From positions 74,922 through 138,921 of the forward strand of contig CAZDWJ010000002.1 of the NCBI GenBank assembly GCA_964509195.1: 64,000 nt of DNA, given 5' to 3'. Below, piece by piece: positions 51,788-62,182 of this stretch (the stretch's first letter is position 1; each line of letters starts with the position of its first letter). Made by a program: the position numbers and the translations under genes. Source of the stretch: an uncultured Leptospira sp. GTDB taxonomy: Bacteria > Spirochaetota > UBA4802 > UB4802. Under the pieces are notes generated by a model, which was given only the letters and a program-made list of their open reading frames with translations, was not told the DNA's origin and made no database searches.

Positions 51788-54043
51788 ATGGATGGTACTC
51801 TTTTTGATTGGATAAAGAAACATAAATTTTTTACCTTTATTGGTATTCCTGCTATTCTTCTGGGTTTGCTTATTATTTATACTTCTATCGTATATCTTGA
51901 ATGGTTGCACGACAAACAAAATGCTTTAGACAAACTTTTTAAATACAAACAGCTTATTGACCGTACAGAAGAGTTGCGTGAAGGATATTCATATAATTAC
52001 AGCGAAATAGATGTATCTGCCAAAGTTGTGGATATTCCTACCCGTATTTATGACCGTAATAATGAAATAATAGGTGAATTTTTTGAACAGAAACGGGAGA
52101 TAGTTCCCTATACATATTTCCCTAAGTGGCTTATAAAAGCAGTAATTGCAAGTGAGGACAGAGATTTTTACAATCATAACGGTGTGAGTGTAAAAGGGAT
52201 ACTACGTGCATTTGCTGTCAATATTGTACATTTACGTGTAGTACAGGGAGGCAGCACCATCACACAGCAACTTGCAAAAGTGCTGTTTACAGATATGGAA
52301 CGCAATATAAAGCGAAAGATATATGAGATATTTTGTGCACTAGAAATAGAAAAGCATTATGATAAGCAGGACATCTTGTCCATGTACCTTAATTACATAT
52401 ATTTTGGCAATGGTGCATATGGCGTTGAAGCTGCTGCAAAAATGTTCTTTGGCAAATCGATAATAGATTGCAATGAAACAGAATGTGCAATGATTGTTGC
52501 AACCATCTCAAATCCTTTAATTTATTCACCGCTCAACAACCTTGATGTATCACTCAGGAAAACAAGAAGAATTTTACAATCAATGGTTGATGCGGGATTT
52601 ATAAAAGAGGAACAGGCAGAGATACAATATAAAAGTTTTTTAAAACAGTGGGATGTAACATTTTCAAAGGATAATAAAGCGAAATCATCACTGATAGGGA
52701 GCTTCATATTCAGCTTGTACAGAATTAACAGGGCACCTTTTTTTAATGAGTATATACGAAGAATACTTGTGAATAAATTTTCTGAAGAGGTTGTCAAGAA
52801 GGGAGGATTGAGTATTTACACCACGCTGGATGCAAAAAAGCAGGATGTTGCCCTAACTGCATTAAAAAAGGGCATCCAGTTACAAAGAGAGTATCATGAA
52901 AAAAATGCAAAATATATCAAAAACCCAGAACGGGCACTTGCTGAGATGGAAAAATCGAAGAATATTGAAGGAGCGTTTATTTCGCTCAACCCCTTTACAG
53001 GAGAAATTATTTCCTATGCTGGTGGCTATAGTTTTTCATATCAAAACCAGTTAGATCATGTGCAGCATATACGAAGACAGCCAGGGTCTTCTTTTAAGCC
53101 AATTGTTTATGCTGCAGCCATTCAGGATAAAGTTATAACGCCATCAACAGTATTTGATGATATCCCTATGACGTTTAAAGGTGGATATGCACCTAAAAAT
53201 TATGATGGAGTATATCTGGGCAAGGTAATTGTGAGAGAAGCGTTAAAAAAATCTATAAATGTCGTTGCAGTGCAGGTCCTTGAAAAAGAAGGGTATCAGC
53301 GTGTAATGTCAATTATTCAGAAAGCGCTCAATTTATCAAAAAGTGAATTGGAGTCTCGTTTCTATAAAACATTGTCACTTGCTCTTGGTACCTATGAGCT
53401 ATCGCCCCTTGAAAATGCAGTACTACATTCGGTTATTGTCAATGGAGGTGATTTTATTATCCCGTATGGAATACGGTATGTGAAAGATTATAATGGCAAT
53501 ATTGTATGGAATAATGAAGAAGATGTGTTGTTGCAAATACAGGAAAGGCGAAAGGAATATGGTAAGATTATTGATCCAGTTGCATGTGCAATTGTAGTTT
53601 CTATGTTGAAAGGTGTATTTGAAGAAGGAGGTACTGCTTGGTGGGCTTTGAAAAATAAAACAGTGCCAGTTGATGTAGCAGGAAAAACGGGTACAAGCAG
53701 CGATTATGTCGATGCATGGTTTTTAGGGTATACACCGGATTCAGTTACAGCAGTATGGATTGGCAATAAAACAGGAGCAATAAGTTTGGGTAAAGCTAGA
53801 AGTGGTGGTGTAGTGGCAGCACCAGTTTGGGCTGATTATATTTTTGCTATATATAAGGATTCTGAATATAAATCATTCATAATGCCGCATGAAGGTAGTA
53901 CTAAACAGACTATCTGTCTGGATACAGGTTTGGTGCCACGTAAAGAGGGATTATGCCCCCGGGTGGCAATTAATGAATTATTTTACACCGGAACAGAACC
54001 TGGTGAATATTGTACCAAACATGTATTACAAGAATCGCAGTGA
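51788..54043 (+). CDS. mrcA: bifunctional class A penicillin-binding protein (glycosyltransferase + transpeptidase)
   Basis: GT51 motifs EDRDFYNHNG and GGSTITQQLAK. Transpeptidase SxxK (SSFK), SxN (SIN), KTG (KTGTS). N-terminal TM anchor. Confidence 0.85.
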   Translation: MDGTLFDWIKKHKFFTFIGIPAILLGLLIIYTSIVYLEWLHDKQNALDKLFKYKQLIDRTEELREGYSYNYSEIDVSAKVVDIPTRIYDRNNEIIGEFFEQKREIVPYTYFPKWLIKAVIASEDRDFYNHNGVSVKGILRAFAVNIVHLRVVQGGSTITQQLAKVLFTDMERNIKRKIYEIFCALEIEKHYDKQDILSMYLNYIYFGNGAYGVEAAAKMFFGKSIIDCNETECAMIVATISNPLIYSPLNNLDVSLRKTRRILQSMVDAGFIKEEQAEIQYKSFLKQWDVTFSKDNKAKSSLIGSFIFSLYRINRAPFFNEYIRRILVNKFSEEVVKKGGLSIYTTLDAKKQDVALTALKKGIQLQREYHEKNAKYIKNPERALAEMEKSKNIEGAFISLNPFTGEIISYAGGYSFSYQNQLDHVQHIRRQPGSSFKPIVYAAAIQDKVITPSTVFDDIPMTFKGGYAPKNYDGVYLGKVIVREALKKSINVVAVQVLEKEGYQRVMSIIQKALNLSKSELESRFYKTLSLALGTYELSPLENAVLHSVIVNGGDFIIPYGIRYVKDYNGNIVWNNEEDVLLQIQERRKEYGKIIDPVACAIVVSMLKGVFEEGGTAWWALKNKTVPVDVAGKTGTSSDYVDAWFLGYTPDSVTAVWIGNKTGAISLGKARSGGVVAAPVWADYIFAIYKDSEYKSFIMPHEGSTKQTICLDTGLVPRKEGLCPRVAINELFYTGTEPGEYCTKHVLQESQ

Positions 54044-54051
54044 GGAATATA

Positions 54052-54921
54052 ATGACTAAATACAAATCAATTGCAATTATTGCGTGCATACTTGCATTAT
54101 CTGGTTTTACACTGTCATTCCAGTGGCCTGTGCAAAATGGCACAATACATTCAACATTTGGCGAGCCGCGTTCTGATCATTTCCACAATGGCGTTGATGT
54201 GTCATCAATTGATAAAAAAGTGTATCCTGTCAAAGAAGGGAATTTAGTGTTTGCTTGGGATAAATCCTTATTTCCCCTTGAACAGTTTCCTGGCGTTGGC
54301 AATTACTGTATACTTGAGCATAATAAAAAAGAAAAGTCACTCTATGTGCATCTGGAAAATAATTTAAATTTAAAACCAAAATATGAACTTACTGATAGTA
54401 TAGCATTTATGGGTAATACAGGAAGGTCATATGGAACACATCTACATTTTGCAATACTCTATAATTCTATAGTATCAATAAATCCTTTTACCTTGTTGCC
54501 ACCACAGGATGATAAAAAACCTCCAGTTATTGAAGGAGTGTATATTAAAGTAGGCGATAGTTACACACGATTGCGGGAAGGGGCCAATATAAGGCTGACA
54601 CAGCATCATCCGTTAGCAATTCAGTGTTTTGATGCAATTCAAAGAAATGAACGGTGCGGTGTTTTTGCTATAAAAGTAATTTTGAACAATGTTACTGTTG
54701 CAGATGTAACATTTGACGCAATAAAACTTGATGATAAAAATAAGTTGACAATTAAAGCAATAGAATTTGAGAATTTATACGATAGCAAAGGGAATTATAT
54801 CGCAACAAATGTTTCGTATAATCCTGGCATCAATACTCTGACAGTCATTGCCCAGGACTTTGCGGGCAATCAAACCTCTCAATCAATTAGATTTAATGTG
54901 GTGCTTGACTTTAAGAAGTAG
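54052..54921 (+). CDS. M23 family metallopeptidase (LytM-like)
   Basis: HxxxD (HFHNGVD) and HLH (GTHLHF) zinc motifs, N-terminal signal/TM. ATG at 54052 follows RBS gaggaa. Confidence 0.75.
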   Translation: MTKYKSIAIIACILALSGFTLSFQWPVQNGTIHSTFGEPRSDHFHNGVDVSSIDKKVYPVKEGNLVFAWDKSLFPLEQFPGVGNYCILEHNKKEKSLYVHLENNLNLKPKYELTDSIAFMGNTGRSYGTHLHFAILYNSIVSINPFTLLPPQDDKKPPVIEGVYIKVGDSYTRLREGANIRLTQHHPLAIQCFDAIQRNERCGVFAIKVILNNVTVADVTFDAIKLDDKNKLTIKAIEFENLYDSKGNYIATNVSYNPGINTLTVIAQDFAGNQTSQSIRFNVVLDFKK

Positions 54922-54952
54922 TGAAAGCAGTTTTTCAAGGAGGAATAATTTT

Positions 54953-55366
54953 GTGGCTAATATGATTCTTTATTTCAGAAGAAAGAAAAATATTAAACAG
55001 GTAGATATGGCAAAAGCCTTAAATGTATCACCATCTTATTTATGTAAGATTGAACGTGGTGTACAGAAACCTACTGAAGAATTTAAAAGACAGTGCGCAA
55101 AATATTTAAATGTTAGTATAGCCAAATTATTTCCTGAAAGTATTCCTGATAAAAAAGAAATTATAAATGATTTTGTGCCATCAAAAAATAAATTGTGGAG
55201 TATTCGCATATCAAAAGGAATTAAACAATATGAGTTAGCAAAAATGTTGCACTGCTCCCCGTCTTATCTTTCTAAGGTAGAAAAGGGTTTGCAGCAGCCT
55301 ACCGATGAATTTAAGAAAGTATGCGCAAAAGTTTTAAAAGTAAAAGAAATAGAAATATTCCCTTAA
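54953..55366 (+). CDS. tandem-duplicated XRE-type helix-turn-helix protein
   Basis: Two roughly 60-aa repeats: KQVDMAKALNVSPSYLCKIERGVQKPTEEFKRQCAKYLNV and KQYELAKMLHCSPSYLSKVEKGLQQPTDEFKKVCAKVLKV. GTG start 9 nt after RBS aaggagg. Confidence 0.6.
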   Translation: MANMILYFRRKKNIKQVDMAKALNVSPSYLCKIERGVQKPTEEFKRQCAKYLNVSIAKLFPESIPDKKEIINDFVPSKNKLWSIRISKGIKQYELAKMLHCSPSYLSKVEKGLQQPTDEFKKVCAKVLKVKEIEIFP

Positions 55367-55388
55367 GGCTCATAAACTGAAGAGAATA

Positions 55389-56636
55389 ATGGATTACATT
55401 TATTTACAATTAGTAATCATTTTTATATGTTTGTTTTTTTCAGCTTTTTTTTCAGGTTCGGAGACTGTATTATTTTCTTTTAAGAAAAGTGAACTAATCA
55501 AATTTTCTTTTTCTGAAAATACTTTTGAAAACCAGGTAGCTAAATTTTTATCTCATCCTCAAAATATACTGATAAGTCTATTAACAGGTAATTTATTTGT
55601 AAATATCTTGTTATCTTCTTTATCAACATCATTATTGCTATCACACTGGCCTCAGTATGGCCATATCATAGCAATAGCGATTGTTACTCCTGTACTCATT
55701 CTTTTTGGTGAAATAATTCCCAAATTATTGTCATTGTATAATTACAGAAATCTAGTATATTATGTACTCCCAGTTATTTCATTTATTCATAAGGTAATAT
55801 TACCTGTTCGTTATGTTCTACTGGCAATTTCCAACTTATTCATACGATTGTTTAAATTGCGGTTGGATGCTTCATTTGATATATCAGAAGATGATCTTTC
55901 GGCGGCAATATATTATGGGGAAAAGTATGGGATATTGTCAGGTGATGAAAAACAATTTATCAGTAACCTCTTGCGGTTTACTAAGAAAACTGCAGAAAAT
56001 GCAATGATACACAGGAATAAGGCAATATTCATTCCATATGACGCTGCCATTCAGGAAGTTATTAATATTTTTAAGAAAACAGACATAGTAAGAGCACCAG
56101 TGTATAAAAATAATTTAGACACTATTGTTGGGTTAATTGATTCACGTGAGCTTGTTCCCTATGCTACTGGGATCAAGAAAGGGAAAACAATTGCAAAGCT
56201 TATTCATCCAATATTTCACTATCCAGCTTCTAAATCATTAAGTGAGTTACTGGAAGAATTTTTAAGGAACAAAATACAGATTGCAGTTATAGTAGATGAA
56301 TATGGCGGTACATTGGGTATTGTAACGTTGAAGCGAATTATCGCAGAATTATTTGGTAGAGGTTACACTTTATGGGAAGATATTCCCAAACCTGAGATAA
56401 AAAAAGAAAAGGATGTGGTGATAATTCCTGGGGATATGCAAATTGATGAATTCAATGCAATGTTTGATGTTTCAATAGATTCTTCGGAAAGTGAAACAAT
56501 TGGAGGGTACATAATTGAGAAACTTGGATATCTTCCAAAAAGAAGAGCTTCCATACTGGTTGATGACTATATTATAACTGTACGATATGTTGCGAAAAAC
56601 AGAATACAGTCAATTGAGGTTAAAAAAGCAGAATAA
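55389..56636 (+). CDS. CNNM/HlyC-CorC family transporter (DUF21 TM, CBS pair, CorC_HlyC)
   Basis: N-terminal 4-TM DUF21, CBS pair, C-terminal CorC domain. 415 aa. Confidence 0.8.
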   Translation: MDYIYLQLVIIFICLFFSAFFSGSETVLFSFKKSELIKFSFSENTFENQVAKFLSHPQNILISLLTGNLFVNILLSSLSTSLLLSHWPQYGHIIAIAIVTPVLILFGEIIPKLLSLYNYRNLVYYVLPVISFIHKVILPVRYVLLAISNLFIRLFKLRLDASFDISEDDLSAAIYYGEKYGILSGDEKQFISNLLRFTKKTAENAMIHRNKAIFIPYDAAIQEVINIFKKTDIVRAPVYKNNLDTIVGLIDSRELVPYATGIKKGKTIAKLIHPIFHYPASKSLSELLEEFLRNKIQIAVIVDEYGGTLGIVTLKRIIAELFGRGYTLWEDIPKPEIKKEKDVVIIPGDMQIDEFNAMFDVSIDSSESETIGGYIIEKLGYLPKRRASILVDDYIITVRYVAKNRIQSIEVKKAE

Positions 56637-57904
56637 TGATGGAACTATATATTGGCTCACAACTTCTTATACTTCTTTTTACATTTCTTTCTGTATTCTT
56701 TTCTGCAACTGAAACAGCTATCGTTTCGAGCAATATTATCAATGTTCAAGGGTACATCAATAAAGGGAGTAAAAGAGCAAGCAAAATTTTGCAAATAATC
56801 GAAAATCCTGATAGTGCTTTAGTAACCGTTCTTATCGGGAACAATATAGCTAATATTGGTGCAACAGCATTTATTACATTTTTTGCAACCAAGGCACTCT
56901 TTATACACGATTCAGAGCTCTTCATAGTAACTATCGTCCAGACAATTTTCTTTTTAATTTTTTGTGATCTTTTCCCAAAGATTTTTTCACGTTCAAAACC
57001 AGAAAAATTTTTACTCTATACTTTATGGTTATTTCAATTTTTTTCTGTACTCTTAAAGCCACTTAATGCAACTATATTGTTATTTTCCAATTTAATAAAG
57101 AATGCGATTAAGGCTAATGATGCACGACCTTTGCCCATAAGTTCACGTGATGAAATTGATACATTGTTTAAAGCAGTAGAAAAAGAAGGTATTATTGAAT
57201 CACAGCACTATATTTATTTTAATGAGATTCTTTCTTTCAGGGATGTGCGTGCAAATGAAGTTATGACACCTTTGATAGATATTATCTCAGTTGAAAAAAG
57301 TCAGCCTTTGAAACATTGCATACATTTAATAGAAAAAACACGGTTTTCGCGCATACCGGTGTTTGAACAACGGGTTGATAATATTATTGGGTATGTGTAT
57401 TATCAGGATATATTAAAAAACAAATCAGTAAAAAGTATTGAGCAAATAATGAGAAGCCCGTATTTTATTCCTTCTACTAAAAAAATATATGAGCTTATTA
57501 ATGAGATGGAACAGCATGAAGTATCTATGGTTTTTGTGGTAAATGAGTATGGCGCTGTGGAAGGTTTGCTAACTGATGAAGATATTGCAGAAGAGATAGT
57601 TGGTGAAATACAGACAAGGGACCATCCGCAGGATGATTCAATTAAAGAGATAGCTCCCTGGAAATTTTGTGTAGCGGGAAATCTTGATATTGAATATTTC
57701 CAGAGAAGATTTGGGATAAATATTGAAAAACGCGAATTTGAAACTGTAGCTGGTTTCTTGCTTTATATATTAGGGTATATACCAAAAATTGGCGAAAAAA
57801 TACATTACCAAAATGTTACTTTCCAGATTGAAGAAGCTACTGATAGATCAATTGAGAGAGTTACTGTATCAATTCCCAGACGTAAGGCTATTTCGAAAGC
57901 ATAG
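56636..57904 (+). CDS. CNNM/HlyC-CorC family transporter paralog
   Basis: Same architecture as the preceding gene. Start overlaps its stop (ATGATGG). Confidence 0.8.
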   Translation: MMELYIGSQLLILLFTFLSVFFSATETAIVSSNIINVQGYINKGSKRASKILQIIENPDSALVTVLIGNNIANIGATAFITFFATKALFIHDSELFIVTIVQTIFFLIFCDLFPKIFSRSKPEKFLLYTLWLFQFFSVLLKPLNATILLFSNLIKNAIKANDARPLPISSRDEIDTLFKAVEKEGIIESQHYIYFNEILSFRDVRANEVMTPLIDIISVEKSQPLKHCIHLIEKTRFSRIPVFEQRVDNIIGYVYYQDILKNKSVKSIEQIMRSPYFIPSTKKIYELINEMEQHEVSMVFVVNEYGAVEGLLTDEDIAEEIVGEIQTRDHPQDDSIKEIAPWKFCVAGNLDIEYFQRRFGINIEKREFETVAGFLLYILGYIPKIGEKIHYQNVTFQIEEATDRSIERVTVSIPRRKAISKA

Positions 57905-58238
57905 GGCCAAGATCATCCTTGCCAGCCAAAATGTGTACATGCAGGTGCCATATAACCTGTCCAGCAGCAGGACCATTATTGATTATGACACGATAGCCTT
58001 TCTCTAATTTTTCCTGTTGCGCAATTTTATTAATTGCTAAAAAGATATCACTCATAATGTAGTTATTAATTTCGTTAATCTCATCTATGTTTTTTGTATG
58101 TTCTTTATGGACAACTAAAACATGGAATGGTGCCTGTGGGTTAATATCCTTAAATGCATAGACTTTATCGTTTTCAAAAACTTTGGTTGATGGAGTTTTT
58201 CCCGAAATTATGTTGCAAAATAAACAACCCATACTCAT
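57888..58238 (-). CDS. HIT family (histidine triad) nucleotide hydrolase
   Basis: HLHVHILAG histidine triad. 116 aa. Confidence 0.85.
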   Translation of the reverse strand: MSMGCLFCNIISGKTPSTKVFENDKVYAFKDINPQAPFHVLVVHKEHTKNIDEINEINNYIMSDIFLAINKIAQQEKLEKGYRVIINNGPAAGQVIWHLHVHILAGKDDLGPMLSK

Positions 58239-58366
58239 TCTCCTTTATTAAGAAAATGTTTTGTTATAGCAACTGTAGTAGTATCTTTTAAAGTGTTGTT
58301 AAAAAATTGCAATCAAAAAATCATATACTGTTGCTTTTGTGAATGTTAAAATGTAACTAAATTATT

Positions 58367-59476
58367 ATGAGAACTATAGATGACTTACGCTACCTTGTGT
58401 ATCCAAAAAGTGAACGCAATAACAGAATAGTGAGCACTTTTTTACAGAGTTCCATTCCACAGCAAGTTGCATACAAAGATGAAAATGAATTACAATCGAT
58501 TATTGATACATTACAACAACGTAATGTTGAATCAAAAGATGTTGTGATTCTTAAGCCTTTTTTAGGCCGATTTTATCAGGTGTGTCCTGGTTCGCCGTAT
58601 ATGATATGTTGCAGGTATAGGGTTATCAATACCTGCTTTAATTGTCTTTATAATTGTTCATACTGTTATATGCACGTCTATCTGAACAGTTATGGTATTT
58701 TACAATTTATTAATACTGACAGGCTTTTTACAGAATTAAATGAGTTTATTAATAGCTGTTCATCATCAATGGTGTATAGAATTGGAACAGGGGAATTTAC
58801 TGATTCACTGATGTTTGATGAAATTACTGGTATTGGTTCTGATTTAATACAGTTTTTTTCTAATTACAATAATGTATTTTTTGAGCTCAAAACCAAGTCA
58901 TCAAATGTTGATCATTTGCTTTCTATATCATCTAAAGGCAATGCAGTGATTGCCTGGAGTTTAAACACACCTCACAATATTGCATACTATGAACATAATA
59001 CTGCTTTATTAGATGAAAGAATACATGCAGCTGTGAAAGCTATTGATGCAGGATATTTTGTGGCTTTTCACTTTGATCCCATTATTCTTTATCCGGATTG
59101 GGAAAGTGATTATTATAATCTTATGCAATTATTACGGGAAAATATAGATCCAGAAAAAGTTGTATGGATATCTATTGGAGGGTTCAGGTATCACTTGCAT
59201 TTCAGGGAGATTTTAAGGGAAAAGTTTCCTGAAGAAATGATGACAGTGTATGAGATGTTCCCCGGGATTGATGGGAAGTATCGCTATTTTAAGCCGTTGA
59301 GAATCAAAATATATAATTTTATGTACCAGCAGTTACATGAAATATTCAAAAAGGCATATATTTATCTTTGTATGGAGTCAAACTATCTGTGGAAAGAAAT
59401 AACAGGCAAAGATTTTAATTCATCAGAACATCTGGAACAGGATATGTCCAATCATTTGAGCTATCGCTTTATATAA
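58367..59476 (+). CDS. radical SAM DNA-repair photolyase, spore photoproduct lyase (SplB/COG1533) family
   Basis: CLYNCSYC Cx3Cx2C cluster motif in SplB-like context. 369 aa. Confidence 0.65.
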   Translation: MRTIDDLRYLVYPKSERNNRIVSTFLQSSIPQQVAYKDENELQSIIDTLQQRNVESKDVVILKPFLGRFYQVCPGSPYMICCRYRVINTCFNCLYNCSYCYMHVYLNSYGILQFINTDRLFTELNEFINSCSSSMVYRIGTGEFTDSLMFDEITGIGSDLIQFFSNYNNVFFELKTKSSNVDHLLSISSKGNAVIAWSLNTPHNIAYYEHNTALLDERIHAAVKAIDAGYFVAFHFDPIILYPDWESDYYNLMQLLRENIDPEKVVWISIGGFRYHLHFREILREKFPEEMMTVYEMFPGIDGKYRYFKPLRIKIYNFMYQQLHEIFKKAYIYLCMESNYLWKEITGKDFNSSEHLEQDMSNHLSYRFI

Positions 59477-59575
59477 AAAAATACCATTTTGTATTGACCA
59501 TGCGCTATAATACATATTTATTGTAAGTAATAGTATGCTTGTAAAATAAATTCAATATTTTCAAGGAGTAAAACA

Positions 59576-60703
59576 TTGGAATATACAGACGTGAAAGATA
59601 TAATGCGTGAATTAACACAGCTTGAGACCAATATTCATGAGCTGTATACCGCACTTCATATAGATGAGAAAAAGAGACAGTTGCAATTGTTAATTGAAGA
59701 AACGTATAAAGAAGATTTCTGGCAGGATCAGGCACGGAGTACCTCAATTCAGCAGCAAACAACACAGATGAAAAAGAACATTGAACCCTGGGATGCTTTA
59801 AAAAAAGATGTAGAAGATTCAATAATGCTTTTAGAAATGGCAATTGATGAAAATGATAATGAGGTTATTACTGATATCGCTTCCAGATTAGACCAGTTTA
59901 AAAAACGTTTTGAACAATTAGAAACGCTGGAGTTATTGTCAGATCCTGATGATGATAAAAATGCAATTATGACAATTCACCCTGGTGCAGGTGGTACTGA
60001 ATCACAGGACTGGGCAAGCATGCTGATGCGCATGTATATGCGCTGGGCGGAAGATAACGGGTTTGATATTGAAATTATGGATTATATGCCCGACATTGAA
60101 GCGGGGATAAAGGAAGTTGTGATGTTAATTAAAGGTGAATACGCGTATGGATTACTTAAAGGTGAGCGGGGTATACATAGATTGGTACGCATTTCACCGT
60201 TTGACAGCAATCAGAGAAGACATACATCTTTTGCATCTGTTGATGTGATTCCTGAAGCACCTGAAGATATTGATATTGAGATTAAGGAATCAGAATTGCG
60301 AATTGATACCTACAGAGCTTCTGGTGCAGGAGGACAGCATGTTAACAGGACTGATTCGGCGGTGCGGATTACTCATATTCCAACTGGAATTGTTGTCCAA
60401 TGTCAGAATGAACGCTCTCAACATAAAAATAAAGCATACGCCATGAAAATCCTGAAATCACGATTGTATGAACTTAGAAGAAGGGAACTGGAAAAAGAAA
60501 AATTAGAAAAATTTGGCGAAAAGAAAGATATAGCGTGGGGCAATCAGATTCGTTCGTATGTGTTTCACCCTTATACTATGGTTAAGGATCACCGTACTGG
60601 GGAAGAAACAGGATCTGTTGATCATGTTATGGATGGCGAAATTAATCGATTCATTTATGCATATTTAAAAAGCCTTAAAAGTATAAAAATTAAACACAGA
60701 TAA
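59576..60703 (+). CDS. prfB: peptide chain release factor 2 (single continuous ORF, no programmed frameshift)
   Basis: SPF tripeptide (RISPFDS), GGQ motif (RASGAGGQHVNRTDSAVRITHIPTGIVVQCQNERSQHKNK). TTG start 7 nt after AAGGAG. Confidence 0.9.
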   Translation: MEYTDVKDIMRELTQLETNIHELYTALHIDEKKRQLQLLIEETYKEDFWQDQARSTSIQQQTTQMKKNIEPWDALKKDVEDSIMLLEMAIDENDNEVITDIASRLDQFKKRFEQLETLELLSDPDDDKNAIMTIHPGAGGTESQDWASMLMRMYMRWAEDNGFDIEIMDYMPDIEAGIKEVVMLIKGEYAYGLLKGERGIHRLVRISPFDSNQRRHTSFASVDVIPEAPEDIDIEIKESELRIDTYRASGAGGQHVNRTDSAVRITHIPTGIVVQCQNERSQHKNKAYAMKILKSRLYELRRRELEKEKLEKFGEKKDIAWGNQIRSYVFHPYTMVKDHRTGEETGSVDHVMDGEINRFIYAYLKSLKSIKIKHR

Positions 60704-60982
60704 TTTCTTAAAATTTATTTTATGTATAATTAAATGTACCTGCGCCGTCTTCAGTAGCAAGGGATACACAATCTTATATTTTATTCATAAATCTGTGTTC
60801 AGAAATACATTATGAAAATTAAATGATTTAATCCCATTTTTTTATTGCATAAAACAAAATCAGGTTATGTAGTGATTATATAATGTACGAAGTAATATTA
60901 AGTGCATTATATTACAGGATATTCTATACGATGTAACTTTTACTAAAGTAGCCATGCATGTTGTTTGTGAAATTATAATTAT

Positions 60983-62182
60983 ATGATATATAACAAAAAA
61001 TATACTTTTTTTTCAATAGTACCTTTCCTGTTATTAGTTCTTTCAATATCACATTATAGTTATGCTGCAGGCTCAGGAGGAACTTCTGGTGCTGATTTTT
61101 TAGAAATTGGAGTAGGAAGCAGGCCTTTGGGGATGGGTGAAGCATTTACTGCTGAAGTTGGTGATGTGAATGCCATTTATTATAATCCCGCTGGACTGGG
61201 AACTCTCAAGTTTCCGGTTATGAGTCTAATGCATCAGGAATTAATAGTAGATTCACGGTTTGAAAATGTTTCTTTAGCTTTTCCCTTATATAAAGGCTTT
61301 TTTGGATTTTCTACCTCAGTATTCTGGGTCCCACCCTTTGATAAGATTGACATTGATGGCAATAAAATCGGAACAGTAAATTTTTATAATGTCAGTGGCA
61401 TTATAGCGTATGGTTATTCTCTTGGGTTTATGGAGGCAGGGGGTTCATTAAAATACATATATCAGCAAATTGATACATTACAGCTGCACTCTGTTGCATT
61501 TGATGTGGGAATTTTAAAACGAATAACTATGTATTCACCCTTTGATGCTCCTATAAGGAATTTATCTTTAGGGTTATCTATACAAAATATTGGAACAAAT
61601 GCTAAAGACGACAGCCTGCCACGATTAATCAGAGCAGGATTTTCATATAAAATGTCATATTTTTTTGGCTTTAATGTTGATTTGTTAGAAAATGCTATTA
61701 CTACATCTGATCTGTATGATTTTACCTCAGGATTTAATGAAAGTTTTAGAGTAAATGCTGGCTTTGAGTTAAATTACCTTGATATTTTATTTTTCAGAAC
61801 GGGATATAAATTTAACGATGCAGGAAAATATACTTTTGGTCTGGGGTTTAACTATGCTATTAAAAATGTTGCATTTGTAGTTGACGCTTCATATCAGGAT
61901 GCGGGTATATTTGGACCTATCTATTCATTTACTGTTACTTTTAAACTCATACCTAAAGTAATTACCATTGAAGACAAATTGAAAGCCGAAGTTCATTATC
62001 AACGTGGTATAAAATATTTTATTACTGATGATATTGATGGTGCTATTGAAGAATTTAAGAAAGCAAGGGATTATAATCCATATCACAAAAATGTTGATAA
62101 AAAGATTAAGGATTTAGAAGAACTTAAAGAATTAAAGAGGCAGAATGAGTTACTTGAGAAAGAACAACAGAAAATACGATGA
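60983..62182 (+). CDS. predicted outer-membrane beta-barrel protein with C-terminal TPR-like tail
   Basis: Signal peptide. GMGEAFTAEVGDVNAIYYNPAGLG motif typical of OM beta-barrel families. Alternating amphipathic strands. C-terminal TPR-like helix pair. Confidence 0.5.
   Translation: MIYNKKYTFFSIVPFLLLVLSISHYSYAAGSGGTSGADFLEIGVGSRPLGMGEAFTAEVGDVNAIYYNPAGLGTLKFPVMSLMHQELIVDSRFENVSLAFPLYKGFFGFSTSVFWVPPFDKIDIDGNKIGTVNFYNVSGIIAYGYSLGFMEAGGSLKYIYQQIDTLQLHSVAFDVGILKRITMYSPFDAPIRNLSLGLSIQNIGTNAKDDSLPRLIRAGFSYKMSYFFGFNVDLLENAITTSDLYDFTSGFNESFRVNAGFELNYLDILFFRTGYKFNDAGKYTFGLGFNYAIKNVAFVVDASYQDAGIFGPIYSFTVTFKLIPKVITIEDKLKAEVHYQRGIKYFITDDIDGAIEEFKKARDYNPYHKNVDKKIKDLEELKELKRQNELLEKEQQKIR

Noticed and set aside
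59576-60703. Looked for the programmed +1 frameshift (CUU UGA C) usual in prfB
   Set aside because: The RF2 reading frame is continuous from a TTG start with a good SD. The N-terminal region (…ELYTALHIDEKK…) contains no in-frame UGA or shifty CUU_UGA site, so this prfB is of the non-frameshifting type.
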